Made by a program: the position numbers and the translations under genes. A DNA stretch of 64,000 nt from Chrysiogenia bacterium. GTDB lineage: Bacteria; Acidobacteriota; Aminicenantia; UBA2199. The notes under the pieces are model-generated. The model worked only from the letters and a program-made list of their open reading frames with translations. It was not told the origin of the DNA and searched no databases. Shown here piece by piece: positions 1-9,556 of the stretch (position 1 is its first letter; each line of letters begins with the position of its first letter). The stretch lies in assembly GCA_043826505.1 (NCBI GenBank), contig JBDRQC010000008.1, forward strand, positions 15,606 to 79,605, written 5' to 3'.

Positions 1-50
1 CTGGCGCTGTATCTCTATTTCGATTCGCGCCGTGCCAAAAAGGAAGATTG

Positions 51-1238
51 ATGGAAAAAGAAAAGATCGCTCAAGCCATAGAAATTCTCCAAGAACTGGA
101 TATCGATCTATGGATGGTGATCGACCGTGAATCGGGGCTGATTTCCGACCCGGTAATGGACTATGTCGTCGGCAGCGGCGTGACCTGGCTTTCGTTTTTC
201 CTGTTTTTCAAAAACGGGGAAAAGCACGCCCTGGTCGGCAACCTGGATATTGAAAAATTCCGCCGGAGCGGCCTTTTTGATACCGTGTCCGCCTATAAGG
301 GCAGCCCCAGAACCGACCTGCTCCAATTGCTGAACAGCCATGATCCCGCTAAGATCGCCATTGATTATTCCCCTGATTCTGCCGCCGCCGACGGCCTGAC
401 CCACGGCAATTACTTGAAATTATTGGAACTGTTGCAGGACAGTGAATTCACGGCGCGCTTGGTATCGGCCGAAAATGTAATCGCCAGGATTCGCGGCAAA
501 AAATCACCGGAAGAGCTGCGCCGGCTGAAGCTGGCCTGCCAGAAAACCCTGGAAATCTACGGGAGGGTAGGTCAGGCAATAAGGCCGGGTATGAGCGAAA
601 AGGAGTTGGCCGACTGGATCACAACTGAACGGGAAAAAATGGGACTGGCCGCCGCCTGGGACGTAAGCAGCTGCCCGGCCGTGTTCAGCGGCCCGCAGGA
701 GATCGGCGCCCATTCGGCCCCGACCGCCAACATCCTCAAGCCCGGTCATGTTTTCAACGTCGATTTCGGGGTGGTGGTGGACAAGTACTGTTCAGACCTG
801 CAAAGGACCTGGTATATCCTGCGCCCTGATGAAAAAGAGGCTCCGCCGGCCGTGCAGAAAGGATTCACAGTGCTTATCGAATCGATTCGCCTGGCTTTTG
901 CGGCCCTGAAGCCGGGCGTGCGCGGTTTGGATATCGACCAGGTCGCCCGCGGCTACATCGTCTCGCAGGGCTATGAAGAATATCCCCATGCCCTTGGCCA
1001 CCAGGTGGGACGCTACGCCCACGACGGCGGCGCCCTGCTGGCCCCGGATTGGGAACGCTACGGCAAGCTGCCTTTCATGCCCCTGGAAAAGGACCAGGTT
1101 TTCACCATTGAACCGCGTATTTACATCAAGGACTTCGGCGTGGCCACGGTCGAGGAAATGGTGGTTATCAGTGGCGAAGGCGCCGAATACCTTTCGCAGC
1201 CCCAGCGGGAATTGTACCTGCTGAAAACAAATCAATGA
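51..1238 (+). CDS. M24 family metallopeptidase (Xaa-Pro aminopeptidase/prolidase-like)
   Basis: 396-aa ORF. Pita-bread metal-ligand pattern is visible (FNVDFGVVVDKYCSD, HALGHQVG, FTIEPRIY, ATVEEMVV). The ATG at 51 is preceded by AAGGAAG; the ORF-track start at 48 is TTG. Confidence 0.85.
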   Translation: MEKEKIAQAIEILQELDIDLWMVIDRESGLISDPVMDYVVGSGVTWLSFFLFFKNGEKHALVGNLDIEKFRRSGLFDTVSAYKGSPRTDLLQLLNSHDPAKIAIDYSPDSAAADGLTHGNYLKLLELLQDSEFTARLVSAENVIARIRGKKSPEELRRLKLACQKTLEIYGRVGQAIRPGMSEKELADWITTEREKMGLAAAWDVSSCPAVFSGPQEIGAHSAPTANILKPGHVFNVDFGVVVDKYCSDLQRTWYILRPDEKEAPPAVQKGFTVLIESIRLAFAALKPGVRGLDIDQVARGYIVSQGYEEYPHALGHQVGRYAHDGGALLAPDWERYGKLPFMPLEKDQVFTIEPRIYIKDFGVATVEEMVVISGEGAEYLSQPQRELYLLKTNQ

Positions 1239-1336
1239 AGCCAAGGACGGATTCAGAAGCGATTCGCGGGCTGTCGAATCCGCCCCGTTCGTCCGGACTA
1301 CATTCCAGGCCGAACAACTTTGCAAAAAAGTGATCC

Positions 1337-2074
1337 ATGCGCTACCTAATATTCAGTGACATTCACAGCAACCACGAGGCTTTTGAAAAGTTTCTGGGCC
1401 ATAAAAAGCTGAAAAATGTCGATAAAATCCTTTTTCTGGGCGACCTGGTCGGTTACGGGCCCGACCCAGATAAAGTGATCGGCCAATTCCAGGAATTGCC
1501 CAATGTGCGGTCCGTGCGCGGCAATCACGACAAGGTCATCGCCGACCTGGAATCATCTTCGTTGTTCAACCCGGCCGCCGCCTTTTCCGCAGAGTGGAGC
1601 AAATTGAAAATAGCCCCGGCCAATTATCAGTTCCTGAAGCAACTGCCCAAGGGGCCGCAGATCATTGACCGCTTTATCACCATCTGCCATGGCTCCACTT
1701 TTGACGAGGATTATTACGTTTTTTCCCAGTTCGAAGCCACAGAATCGTTCAAATTCATGGAGACGTCGATCGGGTTCTTCGGGCATACTCATTTCCCCAT
1801 CATTTATTTCCTGCGCAACGAAAAACTCGATATCGTCCCTTTGACCGAAAACACCCGCATTAAACTCGATGCCAACACCCGTTACCTGATAAACCCGGGT
1901 TCCATAGGTCAGCCTCGCGACAAGAACCCGGCTTCCAGCTTCATTATATTCGATTCCGGCAAGATGGAGATCAGCTTCATCCGCTTTGCCTATGATGTGA
2001 CCGCAACTCAGAAAAAAATCAGGGCAGCCGGGCTGCCTGAACTTTTGGCCAGCCGCCTGGAAGCCGGAGTCTAA
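1337..2074 (+). CDS. Metallophosphoesterase (calcineurin-like, YfcE/MJ0936-type)
   Basis: Motifs SDIHSN, LGDLVGYGPDP, GNHD and GHTH occur in canonical order. Confidence 0.85.
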   Translation: MRYLIFSDIHSNHEAFEKFLGHKKLKNVDKILFLGDLVGYGPDPDKVIGQFQELPNVRSVRGNHDKVIADLESSSLFNPAAAFSAEWSKLKIAPANYQFLKQLPKGPQIIDRFITICHGSTFDEDYYVFSQFEATESFKFMETSIGFFGHTHFPIIYFLRNEKLDIVPLTENTRIKLDANTRYLINPGSIGQPRDKNPASSFIIFDSGKMEISFIRFAYDVTATQKKIRAAGLPELLASRLEAGV

Positions 2075-2092
2075 CCTACAAGGAGGAAAGCC

Positions 2093-3130
2093 ATGACAAA
2101 CGATGAAATCAGGAATTTCGTTGAGAAAGTGATCAACGAGAAAATTCAAACTCTGCTGAACCGTATCGATACCTTTCAAAGCAATATGTTCAGGGACATA
2201 GAAAAGCTCAAGGATCTCGACGAGTTGGTCAAATTCAAGGTGCCCGAGGATTTTGCCGGACGCAATGGAAGCGGCGAGAGCGGCAGCGAAATCACGATCT
2301 TGAACGAATATGTGAAAAAAATCGCCTCGGCATCCAACCAGCTGCTCCTGATCGGCGGCATCATCGAAGGCATCAACCATTTTTGCGACCGGGCCGCCCT
2401 TTTTCTATTACGCGATGACAAACTGGTCGGTTGGAAAGGCAAGGGCTTTTCAGGCGAAGACGGCCAGATCAGCGATGAGGAATTGAAGAGAATATTCTTT
2501 TCGCTTTCGGCCAACACGGTTCTGAAAAGCGTGATCGAGACCAAGAAAATTTACCTGGGCGAACCCATACACAAGCCGGACGATTTCCTGATCTACAATC
2601 GCTTGGGCGGCGGCAAACCCAAGAAAATCCTGGTTATGCCTTTTTTGGTAAAGGGAAAGCCGCAGGCTGTGATCTACGCCGATTCGCTGGCCGATACCGT
2701 GATCCAGCACAAGGTCATCGAGATCCTGGCTGCGGTAGGTGAACTCAGCCTGGATATGCTCCCTATCCGCCAGAAACTGCTGGCTAAAATCAAGACCCAC
2801 GAGTTTGTAGAAGACACCGAGGTGGAAGCCAAAGTTTTCGACCATGCTGATGAATTTGAGAAAACTTCGGCTCCGGTCCGGGAAAATGATCCGGAGCGCT
2901 TTGCCAGGGTGATCATCAACGACATCATTCTATACAACAAGAAAGTCGTGGATGACGGCATCAAAAACAAAAACCTTTACGAAGTTTTGAAAGAAACCCT
3001 GCTGCAGGCCAAGGAGCTGTACATGCGCCGTTCCAGTGACCTGCAATATTTTGAAGAACAGTTGGTCAACATCCTGGCCAAAGGAGATCGCAAGGCTTTG
3101 AAAGGCTATAATTTTGAAGTTTACAAATAA
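2093..3130 (+). CDS. GAF-like domain protein of unknown function
   Basis: 345-aa ORF starting 19 nt after the upstream stop, with an AAGGAGGA SD. The central region looks GAF-like (ALFLLRDDKLVGWKGKGF ... ILVMPFLVKGKPQAVIYADS). There is a C-terminal ERFARVIINDIILYNKK...LYEVLKE...ELYMRR module. Confidence 0.6.
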   Translation: MTNDEIRNFVEKVINEKIQTLLNRIDTFQSNMFRDIEKLKDLDELVKFKVPEDFAGRNGSGESGSEITILNEYVKKIASASNQLLLIGGIIEGINHFCDRAALFLLRDDKLVGWKGKGFSGEDGQISDEELKRIFFSLSANTVLKSVIETKKIYLGEPIHKPDDFLIYNRLGGGKPKKILVMPFLVKGKPQAVIYADSLADTVIQHKVIEILAAVGELSLDMLPIRQKLLAKIKTHEFVEDTEVEAKVFDHADEFEKTSAPVRENDPERFARVIINDIILYNKKVVDDGIKNKNLYEVLKETLLQAKELYMRRSSDLQYFEEQLVNILAKGDRKALKGYNFEVYK

Positions 3131-5117
3131 GTCCAAAAGCTATCCATTCACCATTCTTTTCTGTCAGGTTGTTGTTTTTTCCTTTGCCGTCGCCTATGGC
3201 CTGACCTGGTTGATTCCGGATGCAATCCCCTTTGTTCAGGAACGGACAATCGACCGCCAGCAGTTGTTCAAAAACTACCGCATTCTCAAATCTTTTCTAA
3301 GCAATGACGCTGCGGCCAGTGAAGAAGTACCCTCGGCCGCTGACATGCAGCACCCCCTGTTGGCTGCCACGGAGAACCTGAAACGGGCCCAGCAGCTTTT
3401 CGAGGAAAAAAAATACCAGGATAGCGGTATCATCCTTGCCGATCTGCCAGACCGTTTCCCCCATATCGCGGCCAAGCGCGATACACTGATGCTGAAAAAC
3501 CTGTATGCCGCAAAAAAATACCGTGAATTTGTCGCTTATTTCGATCGGCATCCGGCCGCCAGCCTGGAAATACAAATCCTGCTTCTGGACTGCCTGCTGA
3601 AAAGCAGGCTCCAGGAAAGGGCAGTTTCGGAATTCAAAACCCTGTTTGCCCGGCAGCCGCTGCAACCATTTTTTCAGCGCCTGCCGCGGACGGAAGTGCT
3701 GGCCCTGCTGAAACGCCTGAACGAGAAGGACTGGTTTGCCAAGTTCTCATTCCTGTTGAACAGCCTTGACGGTGCTGAATTCAGGCGCGAATTGCCGTAC
3801 AGCGGTTTTCAAGATCTGAACCGTCTTTTCCGGGCTGAATTATCCTATCTGAACCGAAATTTTGGCCAGGTTCGCCAATTGCTGCTGAAGCGCCTGCCGG
3901 AAAACTACCGTCCCTACGCCGAAAGCATACTGGTAAAGATCAAGGTCCGAGAAGATCCGGCCAGTGATATCGCTGCGCAGCTGCAAACCATCAATAAAAA
4001 TACGACTGTTTATCCGAGGCTCATGTTCGACCTGGCGCAGATACTCGGGGGAAAAAGGGAGTACGCCAAGGCCCTGCCTTTTTACGAGCAGTATCTGCAG
4101 TTGAGCAGGGAGCGCGATGAGGATTACTGGAAAACCGTCTGGCTTCTGGCCTGGATCCATTACCGTCAGGACGACAAAGAAAAGGCGCTGTATTTTTTCA
4201 GGCAGGGGAGCGGCTCGCCATTCATGAGTTACCGCATCGCCTCGCGCTACTGGCTGAACAAACTGGAAAACCGCAAGCAGGAGGAATTCGGCCGCTATCC
4301 TTTTTCCTATTACGCGGTCCGGGTACTGCAGGACAAAAACCTGTTCAAGGACTTGAACCAGGATTTTGTCGCCGCCATCGACGATCCTCCCGGCCCCTTT
4401 TTAATGGAGGTCATCGAGGCTCTGAAGATCCTGGTCAAGCATTCGCTCTGGGACGATTCCCTGGAAACCATCCATTGGGCCAAAAGCGATCCCCGGCTAT
4501 CCGCCTCAGACCTCAACCTGCTGAAAATCATCGAGTCGCTGCTGTATTACCAGCAAAACCGTTTTTTTCTGGCTTTCACCAAGTTCCGCAGCAATTTTCG
4601 TTTATATGAAAGCGTGCATCTGCCCAATTTCCTGAGCGGCATTTTTTTTCCGCGCCAGTACGGGGACCTGATCTCGGCCTACAGCAAGAAGCAGGAAGTG
4701 GATCCGGGGCTGGTACTGGCCCTGATCCGCGAAGAATCGTTTTTCCGTTCCGATGCGCGTTCCCGGGCCAACGCCTACGGGCTGATGCAATTGCTGCACG
4801 GCACGGCGCGCGAGATCGCCAATGGCAGCAACCTCAAGGTCAAAGCCAAGGACCTGTACGATCCGGAGATAAACATCCGTTTGGGACTGCAATACCTGAA
4901 AACACTGCTGGACAGGTACGACGGCCGGCTTTACCTGGCCCTGGCCGCCTACAATGCCGGCCCTCATCGCGTTGACCGCTGGCTGCAGGATTTTCCCGAT
5001 GCCGGCGAGGAAGAATTCATCGAGATGATCCCATTTTCCGAAACGCGCAACTACGTCAAGAACATACTGCGCAATTACTTCTTCTACCGCTATTATTACA
5101 ACACCGACAAACCTTAA
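3114..5117 (+). CDS. Soluble lytic murein transglycosylase (Slt70-like; helical N-domain plus C-terminal SLT domain)
   Basis: SLT catalytic motif ALIREESFFRSDARSRANAYGLMQLL plus AAYNAGP. N-terminal TM/signal segment FTILFCQVVVFSFAVAYGL. Only a TTG start at 3114 precedes the TM segment, and it overlaps the upstream gene by 17 nt. Confidence 0.85.
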   Translation: MKFTNKSKSYPFTILFCQVVVFSFAVAYGLTWLIPDAIPFVQERTIDRQQLFKNYRILKSFLSNDAAASEEVPSAADMQHPLLAATENLKRAQQLFEEKKYQDSGIILADLPDRFPHIAAKRDTLMLKNLYAAKKYREFVAYFDRHPAASLEIQILLLDCLLKSRLQERAVSEFKTLFARQPLQPFFQRLPRTEVLALLKRLNEKDWFAKFSFLLNSLDGAEFRRELPYSGFQDLNRLFRAELSYLNRNFGQVRQLLLKRLPENYRPYAESILVKIKVREDPASDIAAQLQTINKNTTVYPRLMFDLAQILGGKREYAKALPFYEQYLQLSRERDEDYWKTVWLLAWIHYRQDDKEKALYFFRQGSGSPFMSYRIASRYWLNKLENRKQEEFGRYPFSYYAVRVLQDKNLFKDLNQDFVAAIDDPPGPFLMEVIEALKILVKHSLWDDSLETIHWAKSDPRLSASDLNLLKIIESLLYYQQNRFFLAFTKFRSNFRLYESVHLPNFLSGIFFPRQYGDLISAYSKKQEVDPGLVLALIREESFFRSDARSRANAYGLMQLLHGTAREIANGSNLKVKAKDLYDPEINIRLGLQYLKTLLDRYDGRLYLALAAYNAGPHRVDRWLQDFPDAGEEEFIEMIPFSETRNYVKNILRNYFFYRYYYNTDKP

Positions 5118-5125
5118 CAGCATTG

Positions 5126-5161
5126 ATCATCTTGAGGTCACAAATTGTGATCTCAAATGAT
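5126..5161. repeat. Long near-perfect inverted repeat between slt and ddl
   Basis: TTGAGGTCACA-AAT-TGTGATCTCAA (5132-5156, one G-T pair). ATCAT/ATGAT extends it on each side around one bulged C. It lies 10 nt upstream of the predicted ddl -35. Confidence 0.6.
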
Positions 5162-5170
5162 AAAAAAAAT

Positions 5171-5199
5171 TTGACCTGAAATTTTCCTGGTGTTACAAT
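5171..5199 (+). promoter_or_regulatory. Putative sigma70-type promoter upstream of ddl
   Basis: TTGACC (5171-5176), 17-nt spacer, TACAAT (5194-5199). Confidence 0.45.
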
Positions 5200-5290
5200 G
5201 ACCTTGATTGCATGTGACCTGGTTGGAAATTCGTTGCCAGGACAATGTATAGTCCCGATAATTATGGGAAAATTGGTTACAGGTACTACT

Positions 5291-6343
5291 ATGAAAAAGG
5301 TTAAGGTCGGATTGATCTTCGGCGGCAGGTCGGCGGAGCACAGCGTTGCACTTATGTCGGCGGCAGCCATTTACCAGCACCTGGACAAGGAGCGCTACGA
5401 ACCTTTCCTGATCTATATCAACAGGGCGGGGGAGTGGTGCCTGACCGGGAATACGAGTTTTAAGGAAGAAGAGTTAAGGATGGAGAAATTCCATTCCTTT
5501 ATGCCCTGGAGGGCCGAGTGGACCGGTGTCTTGGACGCCGACATCTACTTCCCGGTGCTGCACGGCCCCAATGGCGAAGACGGCCGCATCCAGGGCCTGT
5601 TCGAACTGGCCGGCAAGCCCTTTGTCGGCGCCGACAGCTTCTCCTCACAACTGGCCATGGACAAGATTGCATCCAAGATGCTCTTTGCCCAGGCCGGGCT
5701 GAAGCAGGCCCCGTTCCTTTACTTCACTGAGAATAACCCTGAACAAATCTGGGAACTGGTGGATAAAAAGCTCTCTTTTCCGGCCTTTGTCAAACCCTGC
5801 TCGCTGGGATCATCAGTGGGCATCCGCAAGGTCAAGGACAAAAGAGAACTCCTGAGCGCCGCCGATTTTGCCTTCAGCTACGATAATAAGATAATCATCG
5901 AAAAAACCATCGACATGCGTGAACTTGAGGTTTCGGTCATGGGCAACCATGACATCATGGTTTCCAGCCCGGGCGAACTTCTGCCCTCCCATGAATTCTA
6001 CGACTACGCCGACAAGTACCTTGACGGCAAGACCCAATTTCGCATCCCGGTGCGCCTGGACGACGAGGTCGAGGCCCGAGTCAACAAAACGGCGCAAAAG
6101 GCCTATCGCACACTGTTTCTGAACGGTTACGCCCGGGTAGATCTCTTTTTGGAAAAGGGGAGTAATGAGGTACTGATCAATGAAGCCAATACCATCCCCG
6201 GATTTACCGCCATCAGCATGTTCCCCAAGCTGTGGCAGGCGCAGGGCATTTCCTTCAGCGAGCTGCTCGAACGCCTGATCGCCTACGGCTTTGATTATTT
6301 CAGACAACGCAAGGAAAACGTCGATGAAGGTCTTGGCCGTTGA
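5291..6343 (+). CDS. ddl: D-alanine--D-alanine ligase
   Basis: MKKVKVGLIFGGRSAEHSVAL N-terminus, an ATP-grasp core and EANTIPGFT. The ORF-track start at 5198 adds 31 non-conserved residues, so the ATG at 5291 is preferred. Confidence 0.9.
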   Translation: MKKVKVGLIFGGRSAEHSVALMSAAAIYQHLDKERYEPFLIYINRAGEWCLTGNTSFKEEELRMEKFHSFMPWRAEWTGVLDADIYFPVLHGPNGEDGRIQGLFELAGKPFVGADSFSSQLAMDKIASKMLFAQAGLKQAPFLYFTENNPEQIWELVDKKLSFPAFVKPCSLGSSVGIRKVKDKRELLSAADFAFSYDNKIIIEKTIDMRELEVSVMGNHDIMVSSPGELLPSHEFYDYADKYLDGKTQFRIPVRLDDEVEARVNKTAQKAYRTLFLNGYARVDLFLEKGSNEVLINEANTIPGFTAISMFPKLWQAQGISFSELLERLIAYGFDYFRQRKENVDEGLGR

Positions 6344-6731
6344 TTACGGCAGCAAGCGCATCGGCCTGGCCGTGGGCAATTCCATGACCCGGGTGGCCAC
6401 TCCGTTGGGGCAGTTCGCCACCGGGAACATTCAGGAGGCCCTGGCCCAGATAATGAAGCGGGTAGGGGAGTTCGAGGTCGGCCATATCGTGGTCGGTTAT
6501 CCGCTGCACGCCGACGGCAGCCCCAGCCGCACCTGCGGCCAGGTGGACCGCTTTGTAAATTTTTTACGCAAACGCATCACTGTGCCCGTATCCCTGGTCG
6601 ATGAGAAATTGAGCAGTGTCGCGGCCCAAGAAATGAGCAAGGATATCCCAGGCGATTTCCGCAAGCGCAAAACCTTCTTGGACGCGCTGGCCGCACAGGT
6701 GATCCTGCAAAAATATTTCGAGCATTCATGA
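6324..6731 (+). CDS. ruvX: Holliday junction resolvase-like protein RuvX/YqgF
   Basis: MKVLAVDYGSKRIGLAV N-terminus typical of YqgF. The ATG at 6324 overlaps the end of ddl. Confidence 0.9.
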   Translation: MKVLAVDYGSKRIGLAVGNSMTRVATPLGQFATGNIQEALAQIMKRVGEFEVGHIVVGYPLHADGSPSRTCGQVDRFVNFLRKRITVPVSLVDEKLSSVAAQEMSKDIPGDFRKRKTFLDALAAQVILQKYFEHS

Positions 6732-7750
6732 AAAAACTTGTCCTGTTTCTGTTTTTTCTGATTTTGATCGTGCTGGCCTGGATTGGATTCAATATCCACC
6801 ACAATGTTTACGTGCCATTCCAGGGTTATGCCCGGCGCGCCGTGGTGCAGATCGACAGCGGCATGAGCGTGGCGGCAATCGCCGGGAAACTGCAGCGCCA
6901 GGGAGTCATTTCCCGCGCTTCATATTTCAGGCGCTATTACCGCATGTTTTTCGCAAATAAAAAGCTGAAAGCGGGTGAATACCTTTTTGACGGACCGCTT
7001 ACCATGCGCCAGGTCATCGAAAAACTTTTCCAGGGCAAGGCGCTATTGTATAAAGTAACGGTCAAGGAAGGACTGTGGATCGGAGAAACCGCCAGGGTTT
7101 TTGAAGAGGCCGGCCTGTTTCCTGCCGCGGAATTTGCCGATGCCGCCCGCAACAGCAAGCTTATCCGCGATCTTGACCCGGCTGCCGAGGACCTGGAAGG
7201 TTATCTTTTTCCAGACACCTACCTGGTGCGCCGCGACTTCACGGCCCGGGAAATGGTTGCCTTGATGGTAGACCACTTCCGCCGCAACTTCACCAACAGG
7301 TTTGTCTGGCGGGCCCGTGACATTGGTTTTACTCCGCGCCAGGCGGTGATCCTGGCCTCGCTGATCGAAAAGGAGACAGCCAACCGCGATGAGCGTTTCC
7401 TGGTCTCTTCGGTTTTTCATAATCGCTTGAGGAAGAACATGTTGCTGGACTGTGATTCCACTATTGTCTATGCCCTGAAAAAAAACGACAGCTACCGGGG
7501 AAAACTGGGCTGGGACGACCTGAAATTCGCTTCCCCCTTCAATACCCGCCTGCACCGGGGCTTGCCGCCGGCTCCGATCGCCAATCCCGGCTACGCCTCG
7601 CTGGAGGCGGCCCTGTATCCCGAAAACAGCGAATACCTGTACTTCGTGGCCAAGGACGCCGGCAGCCACTATTTTTCCAAGACCCTGGCCGAGCACAACC
7701 GGGCGGTGCGGAAATACATCATCAACCGCAAGGAAATCGGCCTTGATTGA
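6728..7750 (+). CDS. mltG: Endolytic murein transglycosylase MltG (YceG family)
   Basis: N-terminal TM helix followed by YceG-like domain motifs (LEGYLFPDTY, ILASLIEKE, PGLPPAPIANPG). ATGA overlap with ruvX. Confidence 0.9.
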   Translation: MKKLVLFLFFLILIVLAWIGFNIHHNVYVPFQGYARRAVVQIDSGMSVAAIAGKLQRQGVISRASYFRRYYRMFFANKKLKAGEYLFDGPLTMRQVIEKLFQGKALLYKVTVKEGLWIGETARVFEEAGLFPAAEFADAARNSKLIRDLDPAAEDLEGYLFPDTYLVRRDFTAREMVALMVDHFRRNFTNRFVWRARDIGFTPRQAVILASLIEKETANRDERFLVSSVFHNRLRKNMLLDCDSTIVYALKKNDSYRGKLGWDDLKFASPFNTRLHRGLPPAPIANPGYASLEAALYPENSEYLYFVAKDAGSHYFSKTLAEHNRAVRKYIINRKEIGLD

Positions 7751-8438
7751 GTTGCGCGAACGGATTTTTGAGGGCCACGGCATCACCGTTTTTGAAAGTG
7801 AGCGCCTGCTTTTCGGTTATACAGACATGGGGTTCACCTCCACCGCCCTGCAACGATTTTTGGCGGGGAAACAGCTCCTTTTTTTAAAACAGGTTCATTC
7901 CGACATAATCCTCAACCAGGCGGATTGGCTGCCGACAGCCGCAGGCGACGGGCTGATCCTGCAGCGGCCGGGAGCGGCTGCCGTGATCCAGACCGCCGAT
8001 TGCCTGCCCCTGTTTTTCTTCAACCGTGACCAAGGCCGCGGCGGAGTCATCCATGTCGGCTGGCGCGGCCTGCATCAGGGCATCGAAACAAAGCTAATCT
8101 CGCTGCTGGACAATAATTGCGAAAAATACGATTTCTATCTGGGCCCGGCCATTGAAAGGAAATGCTACGAAGTGGGGGAGGAATTGCCGGTTCTGTTCCG
8201 GGGCAAGACCTATGCCGACAGGATATTTTCAGCGCTGGGCGGCGGCAAATATTTCATGGACCTCAAACAGGGATTGATCCTTTCCCTGGGTGCTGCCGGG
8301 ATCCGTCCCGAGCGCATACGCGACAGCGGTATTTGCACCTTTTGCTCCAAGGGACGTTTCCCTTCTTACCGCCGCGACGGTAAAACCGGCAGGCGCATTT
8401 TCAATTTCATCATGCTGAAAAACAACGCTTCCGGATAG
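7743..8438 (+). CDS. pgeF: Peptidoglycan editing factor PgeF / YfiH (DUF152, laccase-like) family
   Basis: TADCLPLFF, IHVGWRG and C-terminal CTFC...FPSYRRDG motifs. TTG start overlaps the mltG stop. Confidence 0.85.
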   Translation: MIELRERIFEGHGITVFESERLLFGYTDMGFTSTALQRFLAGKQLLFLKQVHSDIILNQADWLPTAAGDGLILQRPGAAAVIQTADCLPLFFFNRDQGRGGVIHVGWRGLHQGIETKLISLLDNNCEKYDFYLGPAIERKCYEVGEELPVLFRGKTYADRIFSALGGGKYFMDLKQGLILSLGAAGIRPERIRDSGICTFCSKGRFPSYRRDGKTGRRIFNFIMLKNNASG

Positions 8439-8610
8439 ATTGTAAATAATCAGGCGGTGAATTTTATCTCCATAGTTGCCGCCTTGGCTATATCCACGAC
8501 GGTTGGCCTCTTTTTCCCTATCTACAGGCCTCTCAGGCAGCCGAATTGAGTCCGGTCGATAATATATGCATTACGAGTAGAGATCGGGCCCCACAAGAGC
8601 TCTAAAGCAT

Positions 8611-8634
8611 AGGGGTTTGATTAATCAAACCCCT
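8611..8634. repeat. REP-like perfect palindrome (AGGGG...CCCCT, followed by AC)
   Basis: AGGGGTTTGATTAATCAAACCCCT is a perfect 24-nt palindrome in the convergent pgeF/parB gap. Confidence 0.7.
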
Positions 8635-8728
8635 ACAAGATATTTCTCAAGCGATTATTCTGGTTTTAACCCGAACATTACGTCGGATAAGATAGATTAT
8701 GTAAACCATCAACTATTTTTTTATTAAA

Positions 8729-9556
8729 TCAGCCCAAATCTTTGATTTTGTTTTCTTTTATGTCTTGAATCAATTTTTCCAAAACGGCAATTACCCTATC
8801 CCTTTCAATCTTTTCCTGCTTGAAATGAAAATTGATCTTAACCTTTTTATCTTCCGAAATAAAATTAAAATAGAAGTTTTTTGGAGTTACCTTTTTTCTT
8901 TGCTCCTTGATCTTTTCGCGGGAAAATGGTTTCTGTCCGTATTGAAGCAATATCGCTTCCATTTCTTCCAGGTCTTCCACCTTGGTAAGTTCCAGGAGAA
9001 ATGTTTTGGAATCAATGCCCAGCTCCAGACACTTTTGCTTTATTTCCTCAGGCAGATCGGTGATGCGGACCAGCTCTGTTACCGTTACCCGTGATTTTCC
9101 TATTTTCTTTGCCACTTCATCATGCGTGTAGCCATAGATCTCGGCCAACGAATGGATGGACTGGGCTTGCTCGAACACATTGAGATCCTTGCGCTGAATG
9201 TTTTCGATGATCGACATTTCCAGGGCTTCATTATCCGGAACATCGTGTTCAATGCAGGGAATTTCGTGCATTCCAGCCTCTCTGGCTGCACGGAAACGCC
9301 TCTCACCGGCAATTATCTCGAAGTTCCCGTCTTTGGGCCTGACAATGACCGGTTCAATAATCCCGTTTTCCCTGATTGAATCGGTCAACTCGGCAAGATC
9401 ACCCATATCGCGGCGGGGCTGCAGTTGATTGGCGACGATCTTTTCAATGGGGATATTCCTGATGACCGGTGTTTTTGTTCGCAGCGAAATTTCATCGACC
9501 AGATGGTGGTCATGCTTCATTTTAATGAATTCCGGTAAACCTACTTTTTTAGGCAT
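8729..9556 (-). CDS. parB: Chromosome partitioning protein ParB/Spo0J
   Basis: ParB-box motifs LQPRR, IIEPVIVRP and IIAGERRFRAA, plus an HTH (HDEVAKKIGKSRVTVTE). Overlaps parA by 8 nt. Confidence 0.9.
   Translation of the reverse strand: MPKKVGLPEFIKMKHDHHLVDEISLRTKTPVIRNIPIEKIVANQLQPRRDMGDLAELTDSIRENGIIEPVIVRPKDGNFEIIAGERRFRAAREAGMHEIPCIEHDVPDNEALEMSIIENIQRKDLNVFEQAQSIHSLAEIYGYTHDEVAKKIGKSRVTVTELVRITDLPEEIKQKCLELGIDSKTFLLELTKVEDLEEMEAILLQYGQKPFSREKIKEQRKKVTPKNFYFNFISEDKKVKINFHFKQEKIERDRVIAVLEKLIQDIKENKIKDLG

Noticed and set aside
1-51. Open frame from the left edge ending in a TGA at 49-51, one base overlapping the ATG at 51. It could be the 3' end of an upstream gene.
   Set aside because: Only 16 codons are visible (LALYLYFDSRRAKKED), which is too little to support a call.
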